A stretch of 64,000 bases of DNA from an uncultured delta proteobacterium (GCA_963785235.1 CAWAUM010000007.1:160001-224000), one strand, 5' to 3'; shown: positions 21,989 through 31,603, counted from the first letter of the stretch. Translations and numbers: made by a program. Notes: a model not told the origin generated them from the letters alone.

Positions 21989-22049
21989 TGCCAACGACGG
22001 CGATCACCGGCCCGGGGAACGCGGGACCGCGTGGATTGCATGGTTATAT
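21989..22049 (-). repeat. attC site 4
   Basis: Minus strand ATATAAC-CATGCAATCCACGCGGTCCCGCGTTCCCCGGGCCGGTGATCGCCGTC-GTTGGCA. The vapC stop codon lies in the R'' core. Confidence 0.88.
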
Positions 22050-22439
22050 GTCGATTATTTCTAGGCCTATAAATTTAACCATAGGATCGAAATCCCGGTC
22101 GCAATGCAGTAGGGTAAGCTGATTTTGGATACAGAAAGTTCCTATAATTATATCAATTGATTTCCTAACAGTAACACCCTTCTTCCTCAGATATCTGTAA
22201 TTAATGGCACTCTGCAAGGATAACGACTGACCGCCCATGGCCATATATGGAATACCTAAAAGGAGATCTTTAGCTGTCTTAAAATCCTTATCACTCTGAA
22301 ATCCTTGCAGCACTTCTGTTAGAATAAGATCGCCTATGATAATGGGCGTATTTCCAAGCGAGGAATCAAGCCAATCGGTTTGAGATGTTTGAATACCGTT
22401 AAAGTAGTCAATCCACACTGAAGAATCTATGAGAATCAC
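22044..22439 (-). CDS. vapC: VapC PIN-domain toxin
   Basis: ILIDSSVWID, ILTEVLQG, IDIIIG and LLHCDRDF show the PIN acidic residues. Confidence 0.9.
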   Translation of the reverse strand: MILIDSSVWIDYFNGIQTSQTDWLDSSLGNTPIIIGDLILTEVLQGFQSDKDFKTAKDLLLGIPYMAMGGQSLSLQSAINYRYLRKKGVTVRKSIDIIIGTFCIQNQLTLLHCDRDFDPMVKFIGLEIIDI

Positions 22440-22630
22440 TTGTCTAACCTCATCTCATCGAGATTCCCAGACCATTTTAACTTCCCACGAAATAGCTTGA
22501 TTTCTTTCTGGCGTTTCACTTGAACCAGTAGTCTTAAACCTTCTTCTATAGCATCTTTTTTCGTTTTGAGACCGGATACTTGAAGTGCTGATGCCATCAG
22601 CTCATCATCTACAACTACGTTCGTTCTCAT
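22436..22630 (-). CDS. vapB: VapB antitoxin
   Basis: MRTNVVVDDELM...TKKDAIEEGL...WSGNLDEMR; overlaps the vapC start. Confidence 0.88.
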   Translation of the reverse strand: MRTNVVVDDELMASALQVSGLKTKKDAIEEGLRLLVQVKRQKEIKLFRGKLKWSGNLDEMRLDK

Positions 22631-22643
22631 CTCCTACCTCCAA

Positions 22644-22671
22644 TGTGTATATGATGGACAAATTATACACA
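22644..22671. promoter_or_regulatory. Palindromic operator upstream of vapBC
   Basis: TGTGTATA-N12-TATACACA just upstream of the vapB RBS. Confidence 0.6.
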
Positions 22672-22702
22672 CTAACGCGAAAAATTGAAAGATTTATTTC
22701 AC

Positions 22703-22798
22703 ATATAACGACCGGCATCAGCGGCCCTTGGGGCAGGTTTGCATTATATTCAGCAAAGCCGATCAGCTCCAGAGGTCCGCTGGATTAAATGGTTATGT
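22703..22798 (-). repeat. attC site 3 (long, 96 bp)
   Basis: Plus strand ATATAAC..ATCAGCGG....CCGCTGGAT..GTTATGT; same L-box pattern as the other sites with a longer variable terminal structure. Confidence 0.85.
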
Positions 22799-22831
22799 GC
22801 GAAATCTGAGCATTCGATCATCATAGCACAA

Positions 22832-23227
22832 CTAAGCGATGGCAGTAGCTTCCAGTTCAACAAGCACCTCTGGAAATGCAAGACGGGTTATGCCAAGAAG
22901 CGTTTCCGCTGGCTTCACTCCCGCAGCACCGAGGCGTTTTCCCAGCACATCGAAATTCTGAACCAAGGAATCAACATCCACAGTGTATATGGTCAGGCGC
23001 ACAATATTGGCAAGAGTCATACCGGCTTCTTTCAGCACACACTCAAGGTTGTCCAATGCCAATGCAGTCTGAGCACGAATATCACCGGCATGTTGCGGGA
23101 TACCATCCGCATTGACTGCTGTCTGACCGGAACAGAAAAGAATTCGGGGTTGCCCGTCGATGAGTTCTCCTTGGCTGAATCCATAATGAAGCGACCAAGG
23201 CCAGGGGTTTATCGATGTTCGTTTCAT
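22832..23227 (-). CDS. RidA/YjgF family protein
   Basis: LFCSGQTA, LANIVRLTIY and LAFPEVLVELEATA motifs. Confidence 0.88.
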   Translation of the reverse strand: MKRTSINPWPWSLHYGFSQGELIDGQPRILFCSGQTAVNADGIPQHAGDIRAQTALALDNLECVLKEAGMTLANIVRLTIYTVDVDSLVQNFDVLGKRLGAAGVKPAETLLGITRLAFPEVLVELEATAIA

Positions 23228-23255
23228 TGTCGTCTCCTTTTATTGTTGTCTTGGC

Positions 23256-23317
23256 ACATAACGTTTAGCATCACGGTCGGCGCGGTTAGCGACGTACCGT
23301 GGATGCTTTTGTTGGAA
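23256..23317 (-). repeat. attC site 2
   Basis: Plus strand ACATAAC..AGCATCACGGT....ACCGTGGATGCT..GTTGGAA, with the extra unpaired base in the L arm typical of attC. Confidence 0.88.
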
Positions 23318-24281
23318 TCTTTCTCTTTTGTATTTCGAACCACCGCCAGAAACCAAGAGACTCCAGAAGCAGTCGTCGAGCAACGTGCTGAACATTTATG
23401 ACATCATATCCTGTTAACACTCTCGTAATATCTTTTACGTTGTGAGCCGCAACACAGTCGCGAAGCCAATCCGAATATGCTATTGCATCAACTACATCTA
23501 TATCACAATCCCGTACGGGACCTCGTGACCAAGAGCACTTTCGTAAATAGGGGACACCTCTCCGTCTCTCGAGCTTTCGCATGGGGCCACGAACTGTCCA
23601 AAGGATGGGTTCGTCCAAATTAACTTTCGCTTTTTGCAATCGGTCCTCTAGGTTCTGTTTTACGGAAGGATTCCATTCCCCGTTTATTCGGCTTGGCTTT
23701 TTCGCAGAAGCACGCACCTCAAGCCCGATCTCTTCAATCACAGAGTATGCTGATAGGATTGCATGACAGAAAATAATGTGATCGCTGGGGAAGAATGAGA
23801 CGCCCAAATGTGGAGAACTGAAGGGTTCTAGATCAACATGATGTTGAGAATACAGACCTATGCTGAAGTTGTACTTCATTATTCCGTATGCCCACTTTCG
23901 ATTCCGCGAAGCCTTGGCTGCAATTGCACATGCAATCGGGATACTGCTCCTACTAACACAACCTGGCAAAGAAATCTCTCGTTCACGATCAGGATCACCA
24001 AGTAAGGCTGATTTGAGTTCGTTCATGTTGTAAGCAATAAGTTGGGTTTCCGCGTCAAAGACAGGGGGATAACCACCGAACAGATAAAGCGATGCTGAAA
24101 TCAAGTCTAAGCACGCTGGGCAATCGATTGAGAGGTTGTATGAATGATGATCTCATGAGAGTTACTGCATCGCCGATTCCTCTTTGACGATAAAGAGGCT
24201 TTCCAACCCGCTCCGTTACCGGTACTTTGGTTGTTCTGGCTCACGTAACCAAGCAAGAAGTCCTGTATGATATCGTTCCAT
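23286..24281 (-). CDS. Hypothetical cassette protein with HEPN-like RxxxxxH motif (5' part apparently frameshifted)
   Basis: ORF 24104-23286 contains AYSVIEEIG and WLRDCVAAH. A likely original ATG at 24281 (MERYHTGLL) lies just after the attC 1 core. Confidence 0.6.
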
Positions 24282-24290
24282 TCTTTCTGA

Positions 24291-24349
24291 TTCCAACGAT
24301 GGCATCAGCCGCGCGCGTAAGCGCGTCGGCCTGGATGCACTTGTTGTGC
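24291..24349 (-). repeat. attC site 1
   Basis: Plus strand TTCCAAC-GATGGCATCAGCCGCGCGCGTAAGCGCGTCGGCCTGGATGCACTT-GTTGTGC. Confidence 0.88.
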
Positions 24350-24355
24350 CTGTAT

Positions 24356-25277
24356 CTATTTACTTCTTGTAAGTTTGATAGGCGTTAATTTCATACGACA
24401 GGGCATAGCAGCCAAAGATTCTATGTCTATTCTATAGTCCAATAGCTGCAGTGCCTCTGCACCCGCAGCAATTAAAGTTTCATCTGCCTCTAGAGGTGAA
24501 ATTTGGTACATGCCAGCAATTTCGTTACAAACAAAATTGTGATATCTTGCTAACCATTCATATTTTGCTCTAACTGATGGGTTTCCTCTGTATTCTTTAA
24601 GACCATTAATAATATGTTCTTGGTGTCCCTTTATTATTTCAAAAATTATCCCCTCATCTGGAAACACGCTAAATGCTTCTCCTAGATAGTTGAGAAATAT
24701 TGATCCATCTGCATCTTCCAAAAGATCTTCATAATGAGGAGTATTACTTATGTCTTCACCATAGAAACCCATTTGATGACGGACTAATTCTATTACAGAA
24801 GGTGTTAGAGTTATTCTTGGAGGTCCACCCCCTTTATCTTGAGCGACAGCTTCTAATAACGCATCACCGAAGACGATATCATCATCCATGTAATGATTTC
24901 CTAATGCAACCCCACCCCTAAGAAAAAAATCCTTCCATCGCAAGTCCAACTTGAAACTCAGAAAAAAAGCTTAAAATATCACCAAACTCTGGTTCCCCAT
25001 AGTCATACGCAGCTCGATCCAAAGGATATCCAACGACAATATTGTCAGTGAATACCTTTACAGCATAGAATGAATGCTCTCCCAGTCCTTTGGAATGTTC
25101 CCGAATACGGTTGTATGCATTGGTCAAGGCGGCATATAATTTATTAAGAAACAATAACCCATTTCCAGATCTAATAGCTTCTTGACTAAGTTGAGAATAA
25201 CCTAAAATATCTGCATAGCAGACAAAAGATGGAAGCATTTTAAGATCACCAGAACTTTTATAGGGATTGTTCATCAA
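24356..25277 (-). CDS. Class III nucleotidyl-cyclase-like cassette protein (frameshift in a 7-nt homopolymer near 24925)
   Basis: The joined frames give YADILGYS...FTDNIV...FLRGGVALG...VFGDALLEA..D.....PRI, the adenylate/guanylate cyclase-like palm pattern. Confidence 0.65.
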
Positions 25278-25290
25278 TTCTCCTGGTTAT

Positions 25291-25360
25291 GCACAACCAA
25301 TTACTATACTGCGCTTTTGCAGCATATCCCCATTGTTATTCGTAGCACAATTGCAGTATA
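25291..25360 (-). other. Putative attI site
   Basis: Minus strand GTATAGT-AATTG-GTTGTGC. The core matches cassette 1's R'' but there is no attC palindrome. A TATACTGC...GCAGTATA inverted repeat overlaps and flanks it. Confidence 0.6.
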
Positions 25361-25567
25361 TCCAGATATTGAGTGCAAGGCATTGTGATGTTATGAATAT
25401 ATAAATAACCTATATACAATTCTCACTTATTGCAGAATAGCCGTTCGCCAGAATTGGCTGATATCACACACTCCGTTCCATAAGGGTGGACATGTGGATT
25501 CCTGGCCCTATTCTCAATACACTCATTCGAGCTGTCATTGCATTTCATGGTGTGTACTTATAATGCA

Positions 25568-25597
25568 ATTATAAACCGGAAAGATAAAAGTTGTCAA
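25568..25597 (-). promoter_or_regulatory. Consensus sigma70 promoter facing the cassette array (candidate Pc)
   Basis: Minus strand TTGACA (25597-92) - 18 bp - TATAAT (25573-68). Confidence 0.75.
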
Positions 25598-25827
25598 AGG
25601 TTGTGATGGGTTGGGCAGGTTCAGGCGATGAATGCAACCCTGAGATCCATTATGCAACATGCATTCACAAAGGGAAGGGATAGGTCCTGCCTCTACGATC
25701 ATGGTGGGCTGCGTCCCGCCCAACCTGCAAGGCTCATCGAATCTGCGGGAAAAACAAACATCAAATCTCAAGGCCGCATTGTTGATGCCGACTATATTCT
25801 ATGGTAGAATGAATTCAGGAGACATTT

Positions 25828-26052
25828 ATGAAATGTACATACATGGATGAGCAGTGTTACGAGTTTCACGAGAAAGACATCACTGAAAAGTGTTTCCTGT
25901 GCAGCCAGAATTGTGAAAAGCTTTTTATTGTCAGGCAGATCTCCAGCATGAAGATGGTGCATATGTGCGGGGAATGCATGGTCAATAACCTGGAAGAATA
26001 CATGCTGGACAATACCAGGCCGTGGGAAGGCATAAAGGGAAAGAGCGATTAG
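25828..26052 (+). CDS. Small Cys-rich (CxxC...CxxC) putative metal-binding protein
   Basis: RBS AGGAGA upstream; CFLC and CGEC pairs; 74 aa. Confidence 0.6.
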   Translation: MKCTYMDEQCYEFHEKDITEKCFLCSQNCEKLFIVRQISSMKMVHMCGECMVNNLEEYMLDNTRPWEGIKGKSD

Positions 26053-26057
26053 GCTTT

Positions 26058-27173
26058 TTAAAGCTCGTACAGCCTTGGAAACCTCAGACTAAAAGCAGTT
26101 CCGGCACCTTCTTGTGATGTCACTTCAACCTTTGCGTTGTGGGCGTCCATAATCTTTTTGACGAATGTCAGTCCCAGGCCCGAACCTTTCTGGCGCTCAT
26201 CCTTGCCTTTCACCCTGAAGAACGGTTCGAAGATGAAGGGCAGCTTGTCGGCGGGAATGCCTGAGCCGGTATCTGCAATCTTCACATAAACATAGTATTC
26301 GTCCTGAGTCATGCTTATGCTTATCTTTCCGGCCGGCGGGGTATATTTTGTGGCATTGCCGATTATGTTGGTGAAGACCCTCATGAGGCTCTCCTGGTCA
26401 CCCATGATCTTGGCCGAGGGATCATTTATGCTTGCCTCAAGGGTGATCTCTCTCCTCTGGCACAAGGGGGTGAGCTCTTCCATGGCCCTGTCCAGGATTT
26501 CAATGAGCACAATGGGCGTCTTGGCCTCGGAGAAGGAGCCATCCTCGATCCTGGCAAGATCGAGCCAGTGCTCCACAAGGTCGTGGAGTCCCTGGAGTCT
26601 TTTCTCACAGCGGTCGATAATGTCTTTTGCATTCTGCTCAAGGCTGTTCTCGGAAATAACCTTCAGGGTCTCGAAATATTGCATGATGGTTACCAGCGGA
26701 GAACGCATCTCGTGGCTGACAAAGGTTATGAAGCTTCTCTCCATGCGTTCCTTTTCTTCCCTGAGCCGGTTAGCCTCGATCTTCAGGAACCTGTGTTCCA
26801 GCGCCCTCTTGGTAACCGCCCTGATCTGGTCAGGGGTAAAGGGCTTGGGCAGGTAATCATAGGCGCCTTTTTTCATGGCCTCCACGGCAGAGACGATGGA
26901 GGCGTATCCGGTAATCACGATCAATACAATGCCGGGCATTTCTTTGGAGAGCAGCTCAATGATATCCATGCCGGAACAGCTTGGCATCTTCAGGTCAATA
27001 AAGGCCAGGTCGGGCTTTTCAGACCTTGCCAGCCTTATGCCGTCAGGCCCGTCCGATGTGGTCATCACCGTATAGCCGGATTTTTCCAGGGCCTGCCTGC
27101 AACCGTCAAGGATCGACTCCTCGTCGTCAATGATGAGAATCTTGGCTGAATACTCAGCCTTATCATCCATCAA
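26058..27173 (-). CDS. Hybrid receiver-histidine kinase
   Basis: N-terminal REC (ILIIDDE, DLKMP, KPF), H-box VSHEMRSPL, and G boxes DTGSG and GSGLGL. Confidence 0.9.
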   Translation of the reverse strand: MMDDKAEYSAKILIIDDEESILDGCRQALEKSGYTVMTTSDGPDGIRLARSEKPDLAFIDLKMPSCSGMDIIELLSKEMPGIVLIVITGYASIVSAVEAMKKGAYDYLPKPFTPDQIRAVTKRALEHRFLKIEANRLREEKERMERSFITFVSHEMRSPLVTIMQYFETLKVISENSLEQNAKDIIDRCEKRLQGLHDLVEHWLDLARIEDGSFSEAKTPIVLIEILDRAMEELTPLCQRREITLEASINDPSAKIMGDQESLMRVFTNIIGNATKYTPPAGKISISMTQDEYYVYVKIADTGSGIPADKLPFIFEPFFRVKGKDERQKGSGLGLTFVKKIMDAHNAKVEVTSQEGAGTAFSLRFPRLYEL

Positions 27174-27177
27174 TGTC

Positions 27178-27564
27178 TTACCTCAGGAGCTGACCCACAA
27201 ATTTTAACAGTTCATCAGCCTTGATGGGCTTGTGCAGTACGAGGTCCACAGTGGGGAGCTCGTCAGGCGGCTCAAAGGACTGGTAAGGACCCTGCAGGTC
27301 AACGGCGCTGAGCATGATAAGGGGAATTTTTTTGCCCGTATCCGAGGTCCTCAGCTTTGATACCACATTGAAACCCTCACTCCAGGTCTCCATCATCATA
27401 TCGATGATGGCAATGTCAGGATAAAGCGATTTCGCCATGTCCACACCTGCTTTTCCATCTTCGGCCAGAAATACTTCATAGCCCCCTTTCTCGAGGATAA
27501 GTTTGGTTGCGAGCAGAAAGTCTTTGTCATCATCAATCAAGAGCACCTTTTTTTTTGCATCCAT
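27178..27564 (-). CDS. Single-domain response regulator
   Basis: LLIDDDKD, IIDMMM and HKP; 128 aa. Confidence 0.88.
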   Translation of the reverse strand: MDAKKKVLLIDDDKDFLLATKLILEKGGYEVFLAEDGKAGVDMAKSLYPDIAIIDMMMETWSEGFNVVSKLRTSDTGKKIPLIMLSAVDLQGPYQSFEPPDELPTVDLVLHKPIKADELLKFVGQLLR

Positions 27565-27601
27565 AGCCTATACCTCCTTCAAGGATTTCTGGAATAAGAA
27601 G

Positions 27602-27617
27602 AGCAAGTAAAGTGCCA
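27602..27617 (-). promoter_or_regulatory. Sigma54 promoter
   Basis: Minus strand TGGCAC-TTTAC-TTGCT. Confidence 0.85.
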
Positions 27618-27678
27618 TGTTTCATCCTATTGAAATTACTTTACTTAATTCATTGAATAAAAAAAATGGGGGTTCCCT

Positions 27679-27716
27679 TGGGTAAAATCTCCCCAAGGGT
27701 GAGGAAGATGTCCCCT
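27679..27716. promoter_or_regulatory. Tandem 17-bp enhancer sites TGGGG-N7-CCCCA
   Basis: TGGGTAAAATCTCCCCA (27679) and TGAGGAAGATGTCCCCT (27700), 21 bp apart. Confidence 0.7.
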
Positions 27717-27721
27717 AAAAA

Positions 27722-29084
27722 CTAGTCACCATTTTCATCCTTGATACCGGTGATAATGCCGTATGTCTTGATTTTCGTGCGGAGCGTCTTGCGATCGATA
27801 CCGAGAAACTTTGCCGTGTTGTTCATATGATAATTATAATGCTTCAACGCCTTTTCAATGTGATCCTTTTCAACATCCACAAGGCGCATCTTGCCTGAGA
27901 AAGGATCGACCACCGGTGCCTTGGCGTTTCTGTCCTGACCATAATAGAGGATATCCGACAGGCTCACCTCTTCGTGATCACACAGCACGCACAATCGCTC
28001 GATGGTATTCTTAAGCTCCCGGATGTTGCCCGGCCATGCATAGGAGTTCAAAGACTTTACCGCATCATTCGAAAAAAAACCGGCTGCGGAGTTGTGCCTT
28101 TCCCGGAAAATATCAAGATAGTGCTTGGCAAGCTCGATGATGTCGGAGCGGTGCTCACGAAGGGGCTTGATGTGAATGGGTATAACCGAGATGCGATAGA
28201 AGAGATCTTCGCGGAATCGACCCGCATCAACCTCACCTCTCAAGTCTTTGTTCGTGGCGGTTATCAGCCTCACGTCAACCTTTTCAGGTATGGAACTCCC
28301 CACCTTCGGTATCTCCTGTTCCTGAATGACGCGGAGCAGCTTTGCCTGGGTGTCGAGGCTGATGTTCGATATCTCATCAAGGAACAGCGTCCCCGTGTCG
28401 GCTATCTGGAAACGGCCTTCGCGGGAGTCTGTTGCACCGCTGAATGCCCCGCGTATATGCCCAAAGAGCTCACTTTCCATAAGGTTCTGTACCAGGGATG
28501 AACAGTCAACCGGTATGAACGGTTTGTCAAACCGTTTGCTCATGTTGTGAATGGTTCGTGAAACCAGTTCTTTCCCGGTGCCGCTCTCTCCGGTTATGAG
28601 AGCGGTGCTGTCGGTCTGGGCGACCCTTTTGATCGTGTCTTTCAGCTCCTTCATGTAATCGCTGCCGCCTATGAGCATGGACAAGGTATCTCCTTTTTCA
28701 TTGCTCACAACGGGATCAAGGCATTCATGGATTGCATTCCTGAGTTCTTCAGCACCGAAGGGCTTTGTGAGAAAATTCATGGCGCCTGATCGCATGGCCT
28801 CAACAGCCAGGGGGATGGTGCCATAGCCTGTAATGATGATGATCTTGGCGGCTATGGTATGATCCTTTTTGAGGGTCTTCAAAACATCGAGGCCATCTAT
28901 CTTGGGAAGGCGCACATCCAGAAGGATGATATCAAAGCTGTTGTGAAGGGCCAATTGGATGCCGTGTTCAGGATCACCCGTGCTCTCCACCTCATGTCCT
29001 ATCTTGGCCAGAATCTGCCTGGCATCCGTCCCGTATGGATTCTTCATCGTCGATGATCAGGGTGCGCCTGGTCTTTTTAGCCAA
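27722..29084 (-). CDS. NtrC-family sigma54 response regulator (frameshift near 29025)
   Basis: Likely TTG start at 29084 with RBS AGGAGG (LAKKTRRTLIIDDEESIR). GESGTGKE, GAFSGA, WPGNIREL and Fis-type HTH LGIDRKTL are present. Confidence 0.9.
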
Positions 29085-31044
29085 TGTTGCATTCCTCCTG
29101 TGAGGTATCGGGTTTATCAGAGGTATTGAGAGGAGGAAGGGTAATGGCAAATGTCGTCCCTTTGCCGGGTTCACTCTCCACATCGATAATGCCGTTATGC
29201 TTCTGGATGATGCCATAGGTTATGGACAGTCCAAGCCCTGTTCCCTGGCCTGGCTCTTTGGTGGTGAAGAAGGGCTCGAAGATGTGGGGCAGGTAGGCCT
29301 TGTCAATGCCCTTTCCCGTATCGGTTATGATGATCTTCACCATGCCTGTACTGGAAAGCCTGCTTGAAACATTGATGGTGCCCTTTCCCTCCATGGCATC
29401 CACTGCATTGATGAACAGGTTCAAGAAGACCTCTTCGAGTCTGGACAGATCGCCCATTATGAAAGGGAGTTTGGGTGTAAGATCGGTCGTCACCTCAATG
29501 CCATGGAACATGGACTGATCCTTCACCAGATTGAGCGATGTAAGGATAACCTCGTTTATGGAAAGGGACTCCATATCTCCTGACGGTGTCCGGGCGAAAT
29601 CAAGCAGGTTCTGGACAATCTTCTTGCATCGTTCGGTTTGATAAATGATCTTTTCCATGTTGTTTCTGGAAGAATCGCCTGCCGGCATCTCTTCGAGCAC
29701 CAGGTTGCTGTACAGGAGTATGCCGCCCAATGGGTTGTTGATCTCATGGGCCACACCGGCAGCCATCTGGCCCAGTGAGGCAAGCCGTTCGGTGCTGGTG
29801 ATGCGCTGGAAGGCCTTCTGAAGCCGGTCATCCCTGTCCTTCAGCGAGCGCGCCATATTGTTGAAGGCCTCATCGAGCATATCGAAGCCCGATGACCTGC
29901 CCGGAGGGAGCTGGTATTCCAGGTTGCCTGAAGAGATGGCATCCGTTGCCTGTTTTAAGATCCTGATCCTGCGGATAATGCCCTGTCCGAGCCTGAACGA
30001 GATAAAAAAGGCTATCACCATACCGAGCGAGGTGATACCCAGGAAGAGGAACACGGTCTTCATCCTCATATCACGGTATTTCGCCTCCAGGATGCCGGTG
30101 AAGAGCATGCCGATGATGTTGTTATCGATATCCCAGATGGGCGTGTAGGAGCTGATGTACCTCTCATTGATCACCGAGGCCCTGCCGATCCAGTCCTTGC
30201 CCTGTCCTATGACCTGGTCATAGACCTCCCTGGATACGATAGTTCCTATGGCCCTGTGGTTTTCCTTGTTCATTACATTTGTAGAGATCCTCACCCCTCC
30301 TAAGAAAATCGTGGCATACCCCATATCCCGGCCCTTGTACCGCTCGTCACGGTACACGGTCTCCTTGATGGTATCCACTATGCTGTAATCACAGTTCAAC
30401 AATACCCCGCCGACAAGTGCGCCAAGCAGGTTCCGGTTCTTGTCTACAATGGGGTAGGCCGACCTGAGGACCATGCCCTGGGTAAGGAGTTTTTCCTTGA
30501 TGTCGGCCGAGTCTTCCATCTTCACAATGGGTATCTTTATCCGCTGCGCCAGATTGGGGTTCTGTGCCACAATAACATCATAAGGCATGATTATGGCCGA
30601 AGACGCCGGTTTCTTCTCTTTGAGACAAGCCCTCACCACTGAATCCCAGAGTATTACATCTCCCTTTGCGTTGGGATTTGCCGCACGGTAGATAACCTTG
30701 CCGTTGGTGTCCACCAGGGTGAGCATGTCAAGTGCCATGTGCCCCGGGGGCTGATATGTACCGCTCCTGATGAGAACGCGCAGGTCTTCCAGAGGCTCGA
30801 GGTTGCCGGATAAGATAGCCAAGTGGATGGGGGAACGAAGTGCGATGAACTGAAGCTGGTATTCGAGCCTCTCCAGGTTGTGGCGGTAGACAAGCTTGGC
30901 AGTGTTGATGTCCTGCTGCACCTTGCGCTGCACCTCGTCAAGGGCGGTCTTGTTTATCAGCTGTATCCCCACCACCGAAGCAATAGCCCCTGTGAGGCAT
31001 GTGGCGATCAGAAATCCTATGACGAGGCGGCTTTGTAGTTTCAT
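29077..31044 (-). CDS. Membrane sensor histidine kinase (Cache-HAMP-HisKA-HATPase)
   Basis: Two TM segments; Cache-like ATIFLGGVRISTNV..RAIGT; H-box GVAHEINNPL; FTTKEPGQGTGLGL. Confidence 0.9.
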   Translation of the reverse strand: MKLQSRLVIGFLIATCLTGAIASVVGIQLINKTALDEVQRKVQQDINTAKLVYRHNLERLEYQLQFIALRSPIHLAILSGNLEPLEDLRVLIRSGTYQPPGHMALDMLTLVDTNGKVIYRAANPNAKGDVILWDSVVRACLKEKKPASSAIIMPYDVIVAQNPNLAQRIKIPIVKMEDSADIKEKLLTQGMVLRSAYPIVDKNRNLLGALVGGVLLNCDYSIVDTIKETVYRDERYKGRDMGYATIFLGGVRISTNVMNKENHRAIGTIVSREVYDQVIGQGKDWIGRASVINERYISSYTPIWDIDNNIIGMLFTGILEAKYRDMRMKTVFLFLGITSLGMVIAFFISFRLGQGIIRRIRILKQATDAISSGNLEYQLPPGRSSGFDMLDEAFNNMARSLKDRDDRLQKAFQRITSTERLASLGQMAAGVAHEINNPLGGILLYSNLVLEEMPAGDSSRNNMEKIIYQTERCKKIVQNLLDFARTPSGDMESLSINEVILTSLNLVKDQSMFHGIEVTTDLTPKLPFIMGDLSRLEEVFLNLFINAVDAMEGKGTINVSSRLSSTGMVKIIITDTGKGIDKAYLPHIFEPFFTTKEPGQGTGLGLSITYGIIQKHNGIIDVESEPGKGTTFAITLPPLNTSDKPDTSQEECNIG

Positions 31045-31192
31045 CTAAGGTCGTTAAGAGAACTCATCCTCCTCTATCGAAATGTATGCTGCCATGGAAT
31101 GTTATTATAATAGCACTACGATCACGTCCGATCAACGGATGAGAAGAGGACTCCTTTCCTTGAGAACTAAAAAAGGCAGCGGCTGTGGCTGA

Positions 31193-31603
31193 TCAGGAGG
31201 CCTTTCCTTCGTTCAGGAGCTTGTTTACACGGGAAAGGAGAACGGATACCGTAACCGGCTTTGAAATGTAATCATCCGCCTGCAGGTATTCGCCATCCGT
31301 TTCGGGTGAGAATTTGAAGCCTGTCTTCTCGGTAACGGCCGTGACCATGATGATGGGGATCATGGAGCAGACCTGATCATTCTTGAGATCAGCACACAGG
31401 TCAAACCCATCGGTATGTTTTTCCATCATCACATCAAGGATAATCAGGTCCGGCGGGTCTTTCTCGACCGAAGCCCTTCCGTCTGAGATATTCAAGGCGT
31501 GTATCACGGCGTATCCATGGTTTTCCAGTACGATCTTCAGGGCGTCGCCATAATCCTTGTCGTCATCTATGATGAGTATTTTCTTGTTTTTCGCCTCGGG
31601 CAT
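31193..31603 (-). CDS. Single-domain response regulator
   Basis: ILIIDDDKD, IILDVMM and YISKP; RBS AGGAGG before the ATG at 31603. Confidence 0.88.
   Translation of the reverse strand: MPEAKNKKILIIDDDKDYGDALKIVLENHGYAVIHALNISDGRASVEKDPPDLIILDVMMEKHTDGFDLCADLKNDQVCSMIPIIMVTAVTEKTGFKFSPETDGEYLQADDYISKPVTVSVLLSRVNKLLNEGKAS

Larger units (their letters stand above)
21251..25297 (-). mobile_element. Integron gene-cassette array without adjacent integrase (CALIN), 5 cassettes
   Basis: Five attC-like imperfect palindromes separate co-oriented genes. Each cassette's two 7-bp cores are complementary (GTTGTGC/GCACAAC, GTTGGAA/TTCCAAC, GTTATGT/ACATAAC, GTTATAT/ATATAAC, GTTGGCA/TGCCAAT). No intI ORF is nearby. 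Confidence 0.9.

Noticed and set aside
21251-24349. Repeated palindromes read as a CRISPR array or terminators
   Set aside because: They are non-identical, separated by whole genes and bounded by AAC/GTT cores, which fits attC sites. No cas genes are present.
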